From Asterias rubens (taxonomy: Eukaryota): a stretch of DNA of 64,000 nt. How positions within the stretch are numbered: position 1 is the first letter of the stretch; each line of letters starts with the position of its first letter. The notes under the pieces are model-generated. The model had not been told where the DNA came from, searched no databases, and saw only the letters and a list, made by a program, of their open reading frames with translations. Positions 23,291 to 34,796 of the stretch are shown here, one piece after another. Position numbers and translations under genes: made by a program. The stretch is from positions 27,838,001 to 27,902,000 of the forward strand of contig NC_047062.1 in NCBI RefSeq assembly GCF_902459465.1, written 5' to 3'.

Positions 23291-23699
23291 ATCCAACGGT
23301 TCTTTTCAGAACCACCCCAACTCATTTAGAGATTGTTATTACATGGTGTTACCGCAAACTCTTCTATACCAACAATGTTGTTTAACTCGTTGGCCCAGCG
23401 AGTGCAAAACTAGTTGAGGGAATCCCCAGTTTATTGATGATCAACCTTGTTCTTTTTGAGATATGAGTGTAACAAGGTTGACTAATTAAAGATTCAAATT
23501 GCTAATACATGGCTAATTAAATAATAATTTCAAACATAACTGAATTTAATTGAATGTCATACAACTGTATAACAAGCTTCAATTTGATATACATTGTAGG
23601 ATCTAACTATTTCATATTAATACTTTGGGATATTAGGAATATTGGGAGGATATTGAGAAAATAAGGCAGAAACAAATGTTTAATAAAAAATCATAAAAA

Positions 23700-26600
23700 T
23701 CTCGATGGAAACAATACCTGTTGTGTTCCGACAGTAAGTCGATAAAATTCTTGACGAAAAACACTACTTGTTCCGACAGTAGGTCAGAACAGCTACAAAT
23801 AATAATAAAAACTAGATGGATATAGTAATTGTAATCAACAGTTACAGAGCTGTTCTGTGTTGTTTTGCTTGGATTATGTGCTTCAATGACCAAGGAGTCT
23901 ATAACTGAAAACAAGGTTTTTTAAATGTTGTGTAGTTCTTGGTATATGGTCCCACATCCGGTTGACCCGTAAGTAAAGGTCAACATGGGGTCACGGTTAC
24001 CTAAGGTTAATCTCTTATGCCTAAGGATTTTTTTTTTTTATTACTGAAAAGTTTTGAAAACGGGTGTGTACTTCTTAAAGGCAGTGGATACTATTGGTAA
24101 TTATCAAAGACTAGCCTTCACAGTTGGTGTATCTCAACATAAGCATAAAATAACAAACCTGTGAAAATTTGAGCTCCATCGGTCATTGAACTTGCGAGAT
24201 AATAATGAAAGAAAAAACACCCTTTTCACACAAAGTTGTGTGCATTTAGATGGTTGATTTCGAGACCTCAAGTTCTAAATCTGAGGTCTCGAAATCAAAT
24301 TCGTGGAAAATTACTTCTTTCTCGAAATCTATGGCACTTCAGAGAGAGCCGTTTCTCACAATGTTTTATACCATCAACCTCTCCCCATTACTCGTCACCA
24401 AGAAAGGTTTTATGGTAATAATTATTTTGAGTAATTACCAATAGTGTCCACTGCTTTTAAGTTGAATTAAGAAAAACACATTAAAGTTTTAATTTCCGTA
24501 ATTTGACACCTGATGAAGTCACAGTTACAAAAATGTGTTTTTCATACAAACTAATTTGATATTAAAGGTATGTGTGTGTACACGATGGTGTGTAACTTAT
24601 CACAATCCAATGCCTTTTTCAAAAACTGTATTAAAAAACCCTAAAAACCCTAAACCTTTGTAGGAATAAAAATGTATTGGTGAGAGTACAAATCCCATGG
24701 AGTACATGTATGTACAAAGTAATGGGTCCAGAACCCGGTTAGAAATCAAATAAAACTAGACATCAAGTGTTTGTGAACAAACACAGAGCTGTTCCTTTTT
24801 AATTTCCAAGGTTCAAGGGGTCTATAATTGAAAAGAACCTGAAGATCGGTTGCATGGTTCTTGAGATATGGTCCCACTTCCGGTTGACCCGGAAGTAAAG
24901 GTCAATTTGGGGTCAAGGTAATCCAAGTTCAATCTTTAGAGCTCAAAGGGTCTATAACTGAAAAGAACTTGAACATTGGTTGTGCAGTTCTTGAGATAAG
25001 GTCCCACTTCCGGTTGACCCGAAAATAAAGGTCAACATGGGGTCATACCTACCTGATGCGATTGTCCAATGCCTAAGTAGTCTGAAAATCGGTTGTGTAG
25101 TTCTTGAGAAATGGTCCCACTTCCGGTTGACCCAAAAGAAGAGGTCAAAATGGGGTCACGGATTTTCCCCAACAAAATTTAATGCCTTAGGAATCTATAA
25201 CTAAAGAAAAAAATTAAATCGGTTGTGTAACTCTTCAGATTTGGTCCCACTTCCGGTTGACCCGGAAGTAGAGGTCAAATCGGGGTCACGGTTACCCGAG
25301 GCAATTCTCCTATGCCTAATGAGTCTAATACTGAAAAAAACTTTGAAATCGGCCGTAAACTTCTTGAGATATAGTGCTGCAAAGAAAAACTCATTAAAGC
25401 TTCTAATTAGCATAAATGAACATGTGATGACGTCACAGTCTTAAAATTGTATTTTTCGTACTAATAAATTTCATAAGGTACACGATGGTATGCAACTTAC
25501 CCCAATGCAATGCCTTTTGCAAAATCTCAATTTTGTATTGCATTAACCATGGAGAAGCTATTGCAATGCGTTGAAAGTGACTGCATCCAGTTAATGAGGT
25601 ACTACGTTGTACCCATGATGCCAAGATTTTTAATTTATTGTTAATTATAGACGTACTTTGATTGATTTTAATGGACTAAAACATCTCTTATTAGAATCAG
25701 TTACTCCAATCCCCAAGGAGTCTATATCTACAAACAGTCTGTTAAACGGCCGTGTACTTCTTGAGATATGGTGCTACAAAGATTTCCCAATTAAATATGC
25801 AAATATGGGTCACATGGTTAATTAATTACGAATAAAAAAAAAAAAATGGTCCGTGGTTTGATGTTTGATCTAGTACAAGTTGATTTCACAGAACTCTTAA
25901 CCACCAAACTCTGCGCTTATGATCAGCATTTTCGGCTTACTGTGTTTTTAAACATCATATCATGTCATGCATGCACACAGGTTATGTTGGGCTTACAATT
26001 GAGAAAAAGAAAAGGCAACACTATCGATATAAAGATAAGAATCTAACTTAAATATTACAAAAAGAAATATTTTTTTAGTTTTGGGGATAAAAAAAAACGT
26101 TATTTTCATACGGAGATTCAAACTCACTAGTATCAGATAAGTAAGCGCGACTGATGACCACTAGGCTATAAGGGCCAATGCTTTTTTCATGGGTTTACAT
26201 GTATATATATTAACAGGGGGGATTATGATCCAGCGAAATAATTCTCGTTTCATGATTTTGCGAACATTGTCACTAAATATGAACTGCTAACGCCTATAAC
26301 TATTAAGTAGGGTTGAAATGTAGTATTAGATGCCTTTAGGAGTTTTTGACGACGTCGTCAAAACCCCTATTCAATTACGCACATTCGTCCACGGACGACG
26401 CCACCTCGGAGTCTAAGTTTGACATTTTTTCACTCATTTCTCAAAAACTACAACACCACAGCAGGTAATATTTTAAGGGAAGCTTTCAACTGTCATTATC
26501 TTCAAACTGTTGAAGTTTAGTGTAATTCTGTGGACACCATGGTATGTCGCCGTCGTCAAAAACCCCTATTTATATACGCACGTTCGTTAAACGAAAACCC

Positions 26601-29554
26601 TAAATTTTCGTGTACTAAGTATATTGGCCCAGAACTCGGTTAGGAAACGAAGAAACAGAGACTGTGCTGTGGTCCAGAACGTATGTAGAAAAACAAGAAA
26701 AAGAGACTTGAGTAGACTCCTCTCAAGAAGTCACAACTCATGATAGGTACATACTGAATTGCATTTACCATAGAGAATGTTTAACAATAACATGGAAGTG
26801 ACTGCATCCAGTTATGTTCAAACGCCTAGACTCATCTCAAGAAGTCACAACTCATGATAGGTACATACTGTATGGCATTTACCAAAGAGAATATTTCACA
26901 ATAACATGAAAGTGACTGCATAAAGTTTACAAATTAAAAATTCAAATGAAGACCACGTGGTTAATTAATGAAGAATTTTTACACTTTTTTATTAGAGTAA
27001 AGCTTAGGCTCTAAGCTTCAATTTGATATGATTTAACTATTTTATCCTAATACTTTAGGAGTAGGGGCCTGAACAAAAACGCTGTACAAACGCTATGGGG
27101 TTTTAGGCGGAAACAAAGAATAATAATAATAACTAGACATCAAGTGTTTGTGAACAAACACAGAGCTGTTCCTTTTTAATTTTCAAGGTTCAAGGGGTCT
27201 ATAATTAAAAAGAAACTGAAAATCGGTTGCATGGTTCTTGAGATATGGTCCCACTTCCGGATGACCCGGAAGTAGAGGTCAATTTGAGGTAACTGGTTTT
27301 GCAAGTTATCTCCAATCCCCTAGGAGTCCGTAACTACAAACAGTCTAAAAATCGGCCATGTACTTCTTGAGATATGGTCCCACTTCCGGTTGACCCGGAA
27401 GTAGATGTCAACTTGAGGTGACGGTTTTTCAAAATTAATCTTTAACGCCCAAGGGGTAAAAAAATGAAAAAAGTTTGAAAATCGGTAATATAGCACTTGA
27501 GATATGGTCCCACTTCCGGTTAACCCGGAAGTAGAGGTCAACTTGAGGTCACGGGTTTTCAAAATTAATCTTGAATCCCCAAGGAACCTATACCTACAAA
27601 CAGGGTAAGAATCCGCCGTGAACTTCTTGAGTTATGGTGCTACAAAGATTTCCCAATAAAATATGCAAATGAGGGTCACGTGGTTAATTAAATAAGAATT
27701 TTAAAACTTTTTTGTTAGAGTAAAGGTTATGTTCTAAGCTTCAATTTGATAATATGATTTAACTCTTTTGACATTATGGTTTAGGAGCTAAGGAATAAAC
27801 AAAAAATGTGTACAAATGCTATGGGGTTTTAGGCGGAAACAAAGAATAATAATAATAATAATAATAAAAACTAGACATCAAGTGTTTGTGATCAAACACA
27901 GAGCTGTTACTTTTTAATTTTCAAGGTTCAAGGGGTCTATAATTGACAAGAAACTGAAGATCGGTTGCATGGTTCTTGAGATATGGTCCCACTTCCGGTT
28001 GACCCGGAAGTAGAGGTCAATTTGAGGTAACTGGTTTTGCAAGTTATCTCCAATCCCCTAGGAGTCCGTAACTACAAACAGTCTAAAAAGCGGCCGTGTA
28101 CTTCTTGAGATATGGTCCCACTTCCGGTTGACCCGGAAGTAGAGGTCAACTTGAGGTGACGTTTTTCAAAATTAATCTTTAACGCCCAAGGGGTCTAAAA
28201 CTGAAAAAAGTTTGATAATATAATAATAATAAAAACTAGACATCAAGTGTTTGTGACCAAACACAGAGCTGTTCCTTTTTAATTTTCAAGGTTCAAGGGG
28301 TCTATAATTGAAAAGAAACTGAAGATCGGTTGCATGGTTCTTGAGATATGGTCCCACTTCCGGTTGACCCGGAAGTAAAGGTAAATTTGGGGTCAAGGTA
28401 ATCCAAGTTCAATCTTTAGAGCTATAAGGGTCTCTAACTGAAAAGAACTTGAACATTGGTTGTGTAGTTCTTGAGATAAGGTCCCACTTCCGGTTGACCC
28501 GGAAATAAAGGTCAACATGGGGTCATACCTACCCGATGCGATTGTCCAATGCCAAAGTAGCCCATAACTGAAAAAAGTCTGAAAATCGATTGGGTTGTTT
28601 TTGAGATAAGGTCCAACTTCCGGTTGACCCGGAAATAAAGGTCAACATGGGGGTCTAAGTTTTCAAAGTTAATATTTAATGCCTAAGTAGTCTATAACTG
28701 AAAAAAAGTTTGAAAATCGGTTGTGTAGTTCTTGAGAAATGGTCCCACTTCCGGTTGACCCAAAAGAAGAGGTCAAAATGGGGTCACGGATTTTCCCCAA
28801 CAAAATTTAATGCTTAGGAATCTATAACTAAAGAAAAAAATTAAATCGGTTGTGTAACTCTTCAGATTTGGTCCCACTTCCGGTTGACCCGGAAGTAGAG
28901 GTCAAATCGGGGACACGGTTACCCGAGGCAATTCCCCTAAATTGTATTTTTCGTACTAATAAATTTCATAAGGTACACGATGGTATGCAACTTACCCCAA
29001 TCCAATGCCTTTTGCAAAATCTCAATTTTGAATTGCATTAACCGTGGAGAAGCTATTGCAATGCGTTGAATGTGACTGATAATAAAAATAATAAAAATCG
29101 CGACGAACCCGGAAGTAGAGGTCAACTTGAGGTCACGATTTTTCAAAGTTGATTTTTAACGCCCAAGGGGTCCAAAACTGAAAAAAGTTTGAAAATCGGT
29201 TATATAGCACTTGAGATATGGTCCCACTTCCGGTTAACCCGGAAGTAGAGGTGAACTTGAGGTCACGGGTTTTCAAAATTAATCTTCAATCCCCAAGGAG
29301 TCTATACCTATAAACAGGGTAAGAATCCACCGTGAACTTCTTGAGATATGGTGCTACATAGATTTTCCAATTAAATATGCAAATGAGGGTCACGTGGTTA
29401 TGTAACTAAGAATTTTAAAACTTTTTTGTTAGAGTAAAGCTTATGTTCTAAGCTTCAATTTGATATATGATTTAAATCTTTTGACCTTACGGTTTAGGAG
29501 CTAAGGAATAAACAAAAAACATGTACAAATGCTATGGGGTTTTAGGCGGAAACA

Positions 29555-29595
<41 letters not shown>

Positions 29596-29760
29596 TAATA
29601 AAAATCTCGACGAAAACAATAGCTGTTCCGACTGGATCGGAACAGCTAATAAAGTTTGATAATATAATAATAATAACAATAATAAAAATCTCGACGAAAA
29701 CAATAGCTGTTCCGACTGGATTGGAACAGCTAATAATAAAAATCTCGACGAAACAATGAA
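23700..29760 (-). mobile_element. Cluster of head-to-tail HINE/Helentron-type modules carrying a ~130-bp internal satellite (17 cores)
   Basis: HINE 3' ends (revcomp CAGCTCTGTGTTTGT-TC-ACAAACAC..CTAGTTT) at ~24757, 27130, 27870 and 28235, with a related AACTAGA end at ~23812. 5' subTIR hairpins AGCTGTTCCGA-N5-TCGGAACAGCT at 29620-29735, (AAT)n tracts, and core GGTCCCACTTCCGGTTGACCCGGAAGTAGAGGTCAA at ~130-bp period. Confidence 0.75.
24079..24456. mobile_element. Kolobok-like MITE family A
   Basis: TTAA flanks; TIR AGGCAGTGGA(T/C)ACTATTGGTAAT. Related copies at 34096, 40242 and 49955. Confidence 0.85.
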
Positions 29761-29950
29761 GCTTGTTGTATGTTCTTTGCAGCTATATATAAAACCCAAT
29801 AACTCAATTGTCCCCCAAGTGACTAATTTTTGCAGAGCCCATCACAATTAATAGACTCCTCAAGGAAGTCCACACCGTAATGCATAAGTCATGGAGAAGC
29901 CCTATATAGGACTCTTTCTCTGTACACAGATACAGAGTCCTAACTTTTAA

Positions 29951-30533
29951 GGCCCGTTTCTGGGGCGGAAAATTTTCAAAGCTTCATAACTCAAATCTTA
30001 CCTGCAACAAGCCACTAATTTCAACAGATTCACAATCCATGGCGGCATACATTTTTCTGCGGTGGGTTTTGGTCGTCATATATTCTTCACAAATCAGTCA
30101 TTTTCGTGAAATAATGCAGCTCCCAACGTTAAAAAATTCCCGTTTTTGATCGTTTTCTCACAGTGTTGTTTGCTGCCATGCGTACACGTATACACACGCG
30201 TGCAAGACGCAATATGCAAGACGCATGAATTCTTGGTCACCGTATCTTGACTGCACAGCGTTAACACGCAAACGCAACGTAATATTTGCACGTGGTGCGT
30301 CTTGCGTACATGTACGGCAGACTGAGAATACAAAAAAAAATAGGAATTTCTTAATGTTTGGAGCTGCATTATTTCATTAAAATGTAAATTTGTGAAGAAC
30401 ATATGACGATCAAAACCCACCACAGAAAAATATATGCTGCCATGGATTGTGAATCTGTTGAAATTAGTGGCTTGTTGCAGGTAAGATTTGAGTTATGAAG
30501 CTTTGAAAATGTTTCCGCCCCAGAAATGTACCC
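29951..30533. mobile_element. Long-TIR (~190 bp) MITE
   Basis: 29951-30140 is inverted at 30340-30533 (TTTCTGGGGCGGAAA..TTTCAAAGCTTCATAACTCAAATCTTACCTGCAAC); flanks TTAA / TTAT. Confidence 0.85.
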
Positions 30534-31469
30534 TTATATCCAGGACGTCACTGTAGTATAATACAAAAGTGTAAGACCACCAGGGCTAGGAGAAGGTATA
30601 CCAATGTCATGTAAGTGACTGCATCTGGTTTATGAAGTACTACGTTGTACCCATTATGCCCAGATGTTCACTTAATCGTTAATTATAGACGTACATTGAT
30701 TGCTTTTAATGGACTGAAACAACCATTATTATAATCAGTTAATTTTTCATTACAGAATATGAAATTTAGGAAATGAACAGATAAATTATTTTCAAGTTAT
30801 TGTGAATTATTGTGTTTTTGACCAGTAAAACGTTTCCACTTTTAGGGACATATGTTTTGTACACTAAAAAGATAACGCGCAAACGTATGACGTCATGATG
30901 ACGTGACCAAAAATGTTAAGCCAGAAATCACATCTGCAATACAATACAAGTCTATAACTGAAGAAAGTTCAAGGATTAGATGTTACTTCTTGGGATATGG
31001 TGTAAACAAGATCGGCTAATTAAATATTCATACCGTTGGCACGCAAATAATTAATTAAGAGTGTTAATCTAGTTACATGTATGTCTACAATTTAAGTCCG
31101 GCCATAAGCTTAACTATGGTATATGATTTGTCAACTTCTGATATTTCTATAAGAGGGACATTTGACACTAAGAAAAGTCAAGTGTTAACGATTTTAGGGA
31201 AAGAAAGAAAAATATAAAAAAATCAAAAAAATCTCGCTGATTACAATAGCTGTTCCGACGGAAGCTAATAACAAATATTTAGACGAAAACAATACCGTAG
31301 GTCGGTCTAAAATTTCAAACCCATGACCTTTGCCATTTTAGAGTTGATGTCTTACCAAATAGACACTGAGATTGCCCAGTAGCTAGAGGCAGTTTGAACA
31401 TAATTTAGCAGCGGGTCCTGCAACAATTTAATAGATGTTAAATTTGCATCGGGATAAAGAATATTATTA

Positions 31470-31640
31470 AATACATTGGACAGCTAATAATGCTGATTGG
31501 TCAACACTCGATCACATGGGCATGTATTAACAAGTGATAAAGGACCGGCTCTGGAAACTAGCGAATAAATGGCCCCTAAACCAGCATACATTGTGTAAAA
31601 CTAGTGTTTGCGCTTTGCGCTGTATGTTTATTGAATTTAT
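31470..31640. mobile_element. Isolated terminal arm of the Crypton-like family
   Basis: ATTAAATAC..GCTGATTGGTCAA..CTGGAAACTAGCGAATAAATGGCCCCTAAACCAGC is the inverse of 18990-19140. Confidence 0.55.
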
Positions 31641-32287
31641 TTAAACATTGGTTCTTTGCACACTCGACGTATGCACTGAAAATGTATACATTTTGATGTA
31701 ACGGGTGTGGACGGACGTATAAACCCATATGTCGATATATGGTCGTGTTTATATATGGTAGAGCTCACAGTTGACAAAAAAAATGTGGCCCTTGAACTTG
31801 AGTACAACAATAAAAGCAAACGCATATGATTTGAGGCATTGCATGGTGAGGTATCAATATATCGTAGGAGGTCCCGTTTTAGAGGTGTCCCTAAAATCGT
31901 GGCAAATCTTTTACCTCTCTGTGCGCGATGTAAACAGTCCCTAGATAAAAATTGTGTGGTTTTATTTGCCAAGCAAAGAGTCTCCTCTCCCTTGACCAAA
32001 ACTTAGAAACACGTAAGGCTCCACTGGATATTTGCACTTGTAAATGCAAAAAGTTTGGTATTTTAAGCATTTCTACAAGGTACAAAAATATGTCATAATG
32101 TTGAGGCCATATAAAAATATTTGCCCACCGAAAAAGTTTCATCAAACACTATTTCAATTCACAATTCATGTTGATCAAATCATGTGACTGAATATTTTGC
32201 TGAGCATTCTGGAAAAAAAATACAGAGGCTTAAAGAAGCCATGTGCCTTATATCATTTTCTAATATTTTTGGAGATTTTTTTTTTAA

Positions 32288-32650
32288 AGCCATTGGACCC
32301 TTTCGGTTCAGAAAAAAAATAAAAGTTCACAGATTTACAAATAACTTACAGGGTTTACAGAAGGCAATGGTGAAAGACTTCTCTTGAAATATTATTCCAT
32401 GAAATGCCTTACTTTTTGAGAAAACAGCAAAACAATATAAATTCTCGTTAACGAGAATTACGGATTTATTTTGAACATGTCATGACACGGCGAAACGCGC
32501 GGAAACAAGGGTGGATTTTTCCGTTGTTTTCTCCCGACTCCTATGACCGATAGAGCTTAAATTTTCACAGGTTTGTTATTTGATATAGAAGTTGTGGTAC
32601 ACAAAGTGTGGGCCTTGGACAACACTGTTTACCGAAAGGGTCCAATGGCT
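32288..32650. mobile_element. Kolobok-like MITE family C
   Basis: TTAA|AGCCATTGGACCCTTTCGG ... CCGAAAGGGTCCAATGGCT|TTAA. Confidence 0.85.
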
Positions 32651-32809
32651 TTAAGCCTCCGATCAATATTATTATTTATATTAAAATTTAAACGATCAGC
32701 TTGTTGATTCAATTATCACTGTTTATTTATACGCTTTATTATAAATTTTAAGAGTAAAAAAAAGGGGAAATAAATAAATAAAAATCAGATTTGAAAGCTA
32801 AAGTAGTAG

Positions 32810-33000
32810 TCCCAGCCAATTTTCTATATTCTCCGCCCGGGTAGTAGTTAAAAAGCAGGACAGTTCTTTTCAGAACTGAGAAGTCTCCCGAACATCCGAT
32901 AAATCTACTCCGCGGTAGTAGAATAAAGAAAGACAGTTCTCCAAGAACAAACTCTACCTGGCAAGTAGATACACACTATCATGACTATACTGCAAACCAT
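32810..33000 (-). repeat. Short interspersed repeat; inverted copy at ~62495-62700
   Basis: GTGTATCTACTTGCCAGGTAGAGTTT..GAGACTTCTCAGTTCTGAAAAGAAC is present in both copies. Confidence 0.75.
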
Positions 33001-33071
33001 ATATATAATAAAGCAAAGCAAAAGTTTCACACTTTGACAAGTTTAACAAAAAACAATTTCATAAAAAGGAA

Positions 33072-33250
33072 TTTATTAATGGGAATAAGAGTGCAAGGAC
33101 CGGGTCTTCACTACGGGGGAATGACCGGGTTGATGGCTGGCTGCTGTTAACGGACCACACCTCCAGCTTAGTCCGTTAACAGTGCCAGCCACGAAACCGG
33201 TCATTCCCCCATAGTGAAGACCGGGTCCTCACACTGTTATTCTTTAATAA
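33072..33250. mobile_element. ~180-bp palindromic element (hairpin of the Crypton-like family)
   Basis: Arms AATAAGAGTG..GACCGGGTCTTCACTA.GGGGGAATGACCGG..CTGTTAACGGAC and their reverse complement; same as 43567-43740. Confidence 0.75.
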
Positions 33251-33284
33251 TTGTGGGTTTTACCTGTACATTATTACCCTTAAA

Positions 33285-34020
33285 TGGTCTAGTTGGTAAG
33301 ACATCTGCTCTAGAGTATCAAAGATCGTGGGTTTCAATCCCACCCGAGTGATAATGCCTATCGTGGGTTTCAATCCCACCCGAGTGATAAGATCGTGGGT
33401 TTCAATCCCACCCGAGTGATAAGATCGTGGGTTTCAATCCCACCCGAGTGATAAGATCGTGGGTTTTAATCCCACCCGAGTGATAAGATCGTGGGTTTCA
33501 ATCCCACCCGAGTATCAAAGATCGTGGGTTTCAATCCCACCCGAGTGATAAGATCGTGGGTTTCAATCCCACCCGAGTGATAAGATCGTGGGTTTCAATC
33601 CCACCCGAGTGATAAGATCGTGGGTTTCAATCCCACCCGAGTGATAAGATCGTGGGTTTCAATCCCACCCGAGTGATAAGATCGTGGGTTTCAATCCCAC
33701 CCGAGTGATAAGATCGTGGGTTTCAATCCCACCCGAGTGATAAGATCGTGGGTTTCAATCCCACCCGAGTGATAAGATCGTGGGTTTCAATCCCACCCGA
33801 GTGATAAGATCGTGGGTTTCAATCCCACCCGAGTGATAAGATCGTGGGTGTCAATCCCACCCGAGTGATAAGATCGTGGGTTTCAATCCCACCCGAGTGA
33901 TAAGATCGTGGGTTTCAATCCCACCCAAGTGATAAGATCATGGGTTTCAATCCCACCCAAGTGATAATGCCTATCGTGGGTTTCAATCCCACCCGAGTGA
34001 TAATGCCTGTGATTTTGTTC
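33285..34020 (+). repeat. tRNA-derived SINE head whose T-arm/B-box region is amplified into 21 tandem 32-bp units
   Basis: A-box-like TGGTCTAGTTGG at 33285, then (GATAAGATCGTGGGTTTCAATCCCACCCGAGT)n, resuming AATGCCTGTGATTTTG. Confidence 0.9.
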
Positions 34021-34095
34021 ACAGAAATCTTCGATGTAAGGGTAAAAACCAAAATAAATTTTCTTTATCCCAAATGCAAATTATAAATTTATTAA

Positions 34096-34481
34096 AGACA
34101 CTGGACACTATTGGTAATTGTCAAAGACCAGTCTTCTCAGTTGGTGTATCTCAACATGTGCATAAAATAACAAACCTGTGAAAATTTTAGCCCAATTGGT
34201 CGTCGAAGTTGCGAGAAAAAAATGTTCGAAAAAACACCCTTGTCACACTAAGTTGTGTGCTTTCAGATGCTTGATTTCGAGACCTCAAATTGTAAATCCG
34301 AGGTCTCGAAATCAAATTCGTGGAAAATTACTTTTTTTCTCAAAACTACGTCACTTCAGAGGGAGCTGTTTCTCACAATGTTTAATTCCATCCACCTCTC
34401 CCCATTACTCGTACCCAAGTAAGGTTTTATGCTAATAACTATTTTGAGTAATTACACATGTACCAATAGTGTCCACTGCCT
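34096..34481. mobile_element. Kolobok-like MITE family A
   Basis: TTAA|AGACACTGGACACTATTGGTAATT ... CCAATAGTGTCCACTGCCT|TTAA. Confidence 0.85.
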
Positions 34482-34614
34482 TTAAATAGTAAATAAATAA
34501 AAATCCACATTAAGTATTTCACTAATTTTAAGAGTTGTTTTATGTTGTAATTTTCAGTTACCGTGAATCAATATTCTATCCTAACATGGTGTCTGTCTTC
34601 TTTTGGATATCTAG

Positions 34615-34796
34615 GTTCATCGACTACAAGCATTAAGGATGTGGTGTTATGTGATGCTGATACAGAATATGAATCCTGGATGCAGATCATATACAAATGT
34701 CAAGACAATGGTTTGTATGACGTAGGACTAGAACTTTTAGCTGCTGTAACTGTGCTCCAAGCAATTAGAAAGGCTTCAGAAACAATAACTAAGTAA
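34615..34796 (+). CDS. CLHC1: CLHC1 orthologue, probable terminal coding exon
   Basis: atatctAG acceptor, phase 1. Translates GSSTTSIKDVVLCDADTEYESWMQIIYKCQDNGLYDVGLELLAAVTVLQAIRKASETITK*, similar to CLHC1 ..[23 protein letters not shown]. The AA|GTAAT at the stop could alternatively be a donor. Confidence 0.8.

Larger units (their letters stand above)
21176..23368 (-). mobile_element. Penelope-like element (RT + GIY-YIG), 5'-truncated, frameshifted, with inverted pseudo-LTRs
   Basis: Reads ADKGNATV, PKIHKPEVPLRPIV, VSFDAESLFTNV, MGSPISPVLADIF, WLRYVDN, PFLDVLI, YRKPTHTDRYL, GVYRIPCECGKVFVGET and IREAIEI. 21176-21318 is repeated inverted at 23234-23368. Confidence 0.93.

Noticed and set aside
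24860-29270. CRISPR-like repeat-spacer array (conserved hairpin + ~85-bp variable segments)
   Set aside because: The intervening segments are homologous to each other (diverged satellite units) and are bounded by Helentron-type termini.
33285-33350. Functional tRNA gene
   Set aside because: The anticodon arm and acceptor stem do not pair, the B box is mutated, and it continues into SINE body sequence.
33320-34005. CRISPR array (32-bp palindromic repeats)
   Set aside because: There are no unique spacers; units are directly abutting, derive from a tRNA/SINE T-arm, and lie in a eukaryotic intron with no cas genes.
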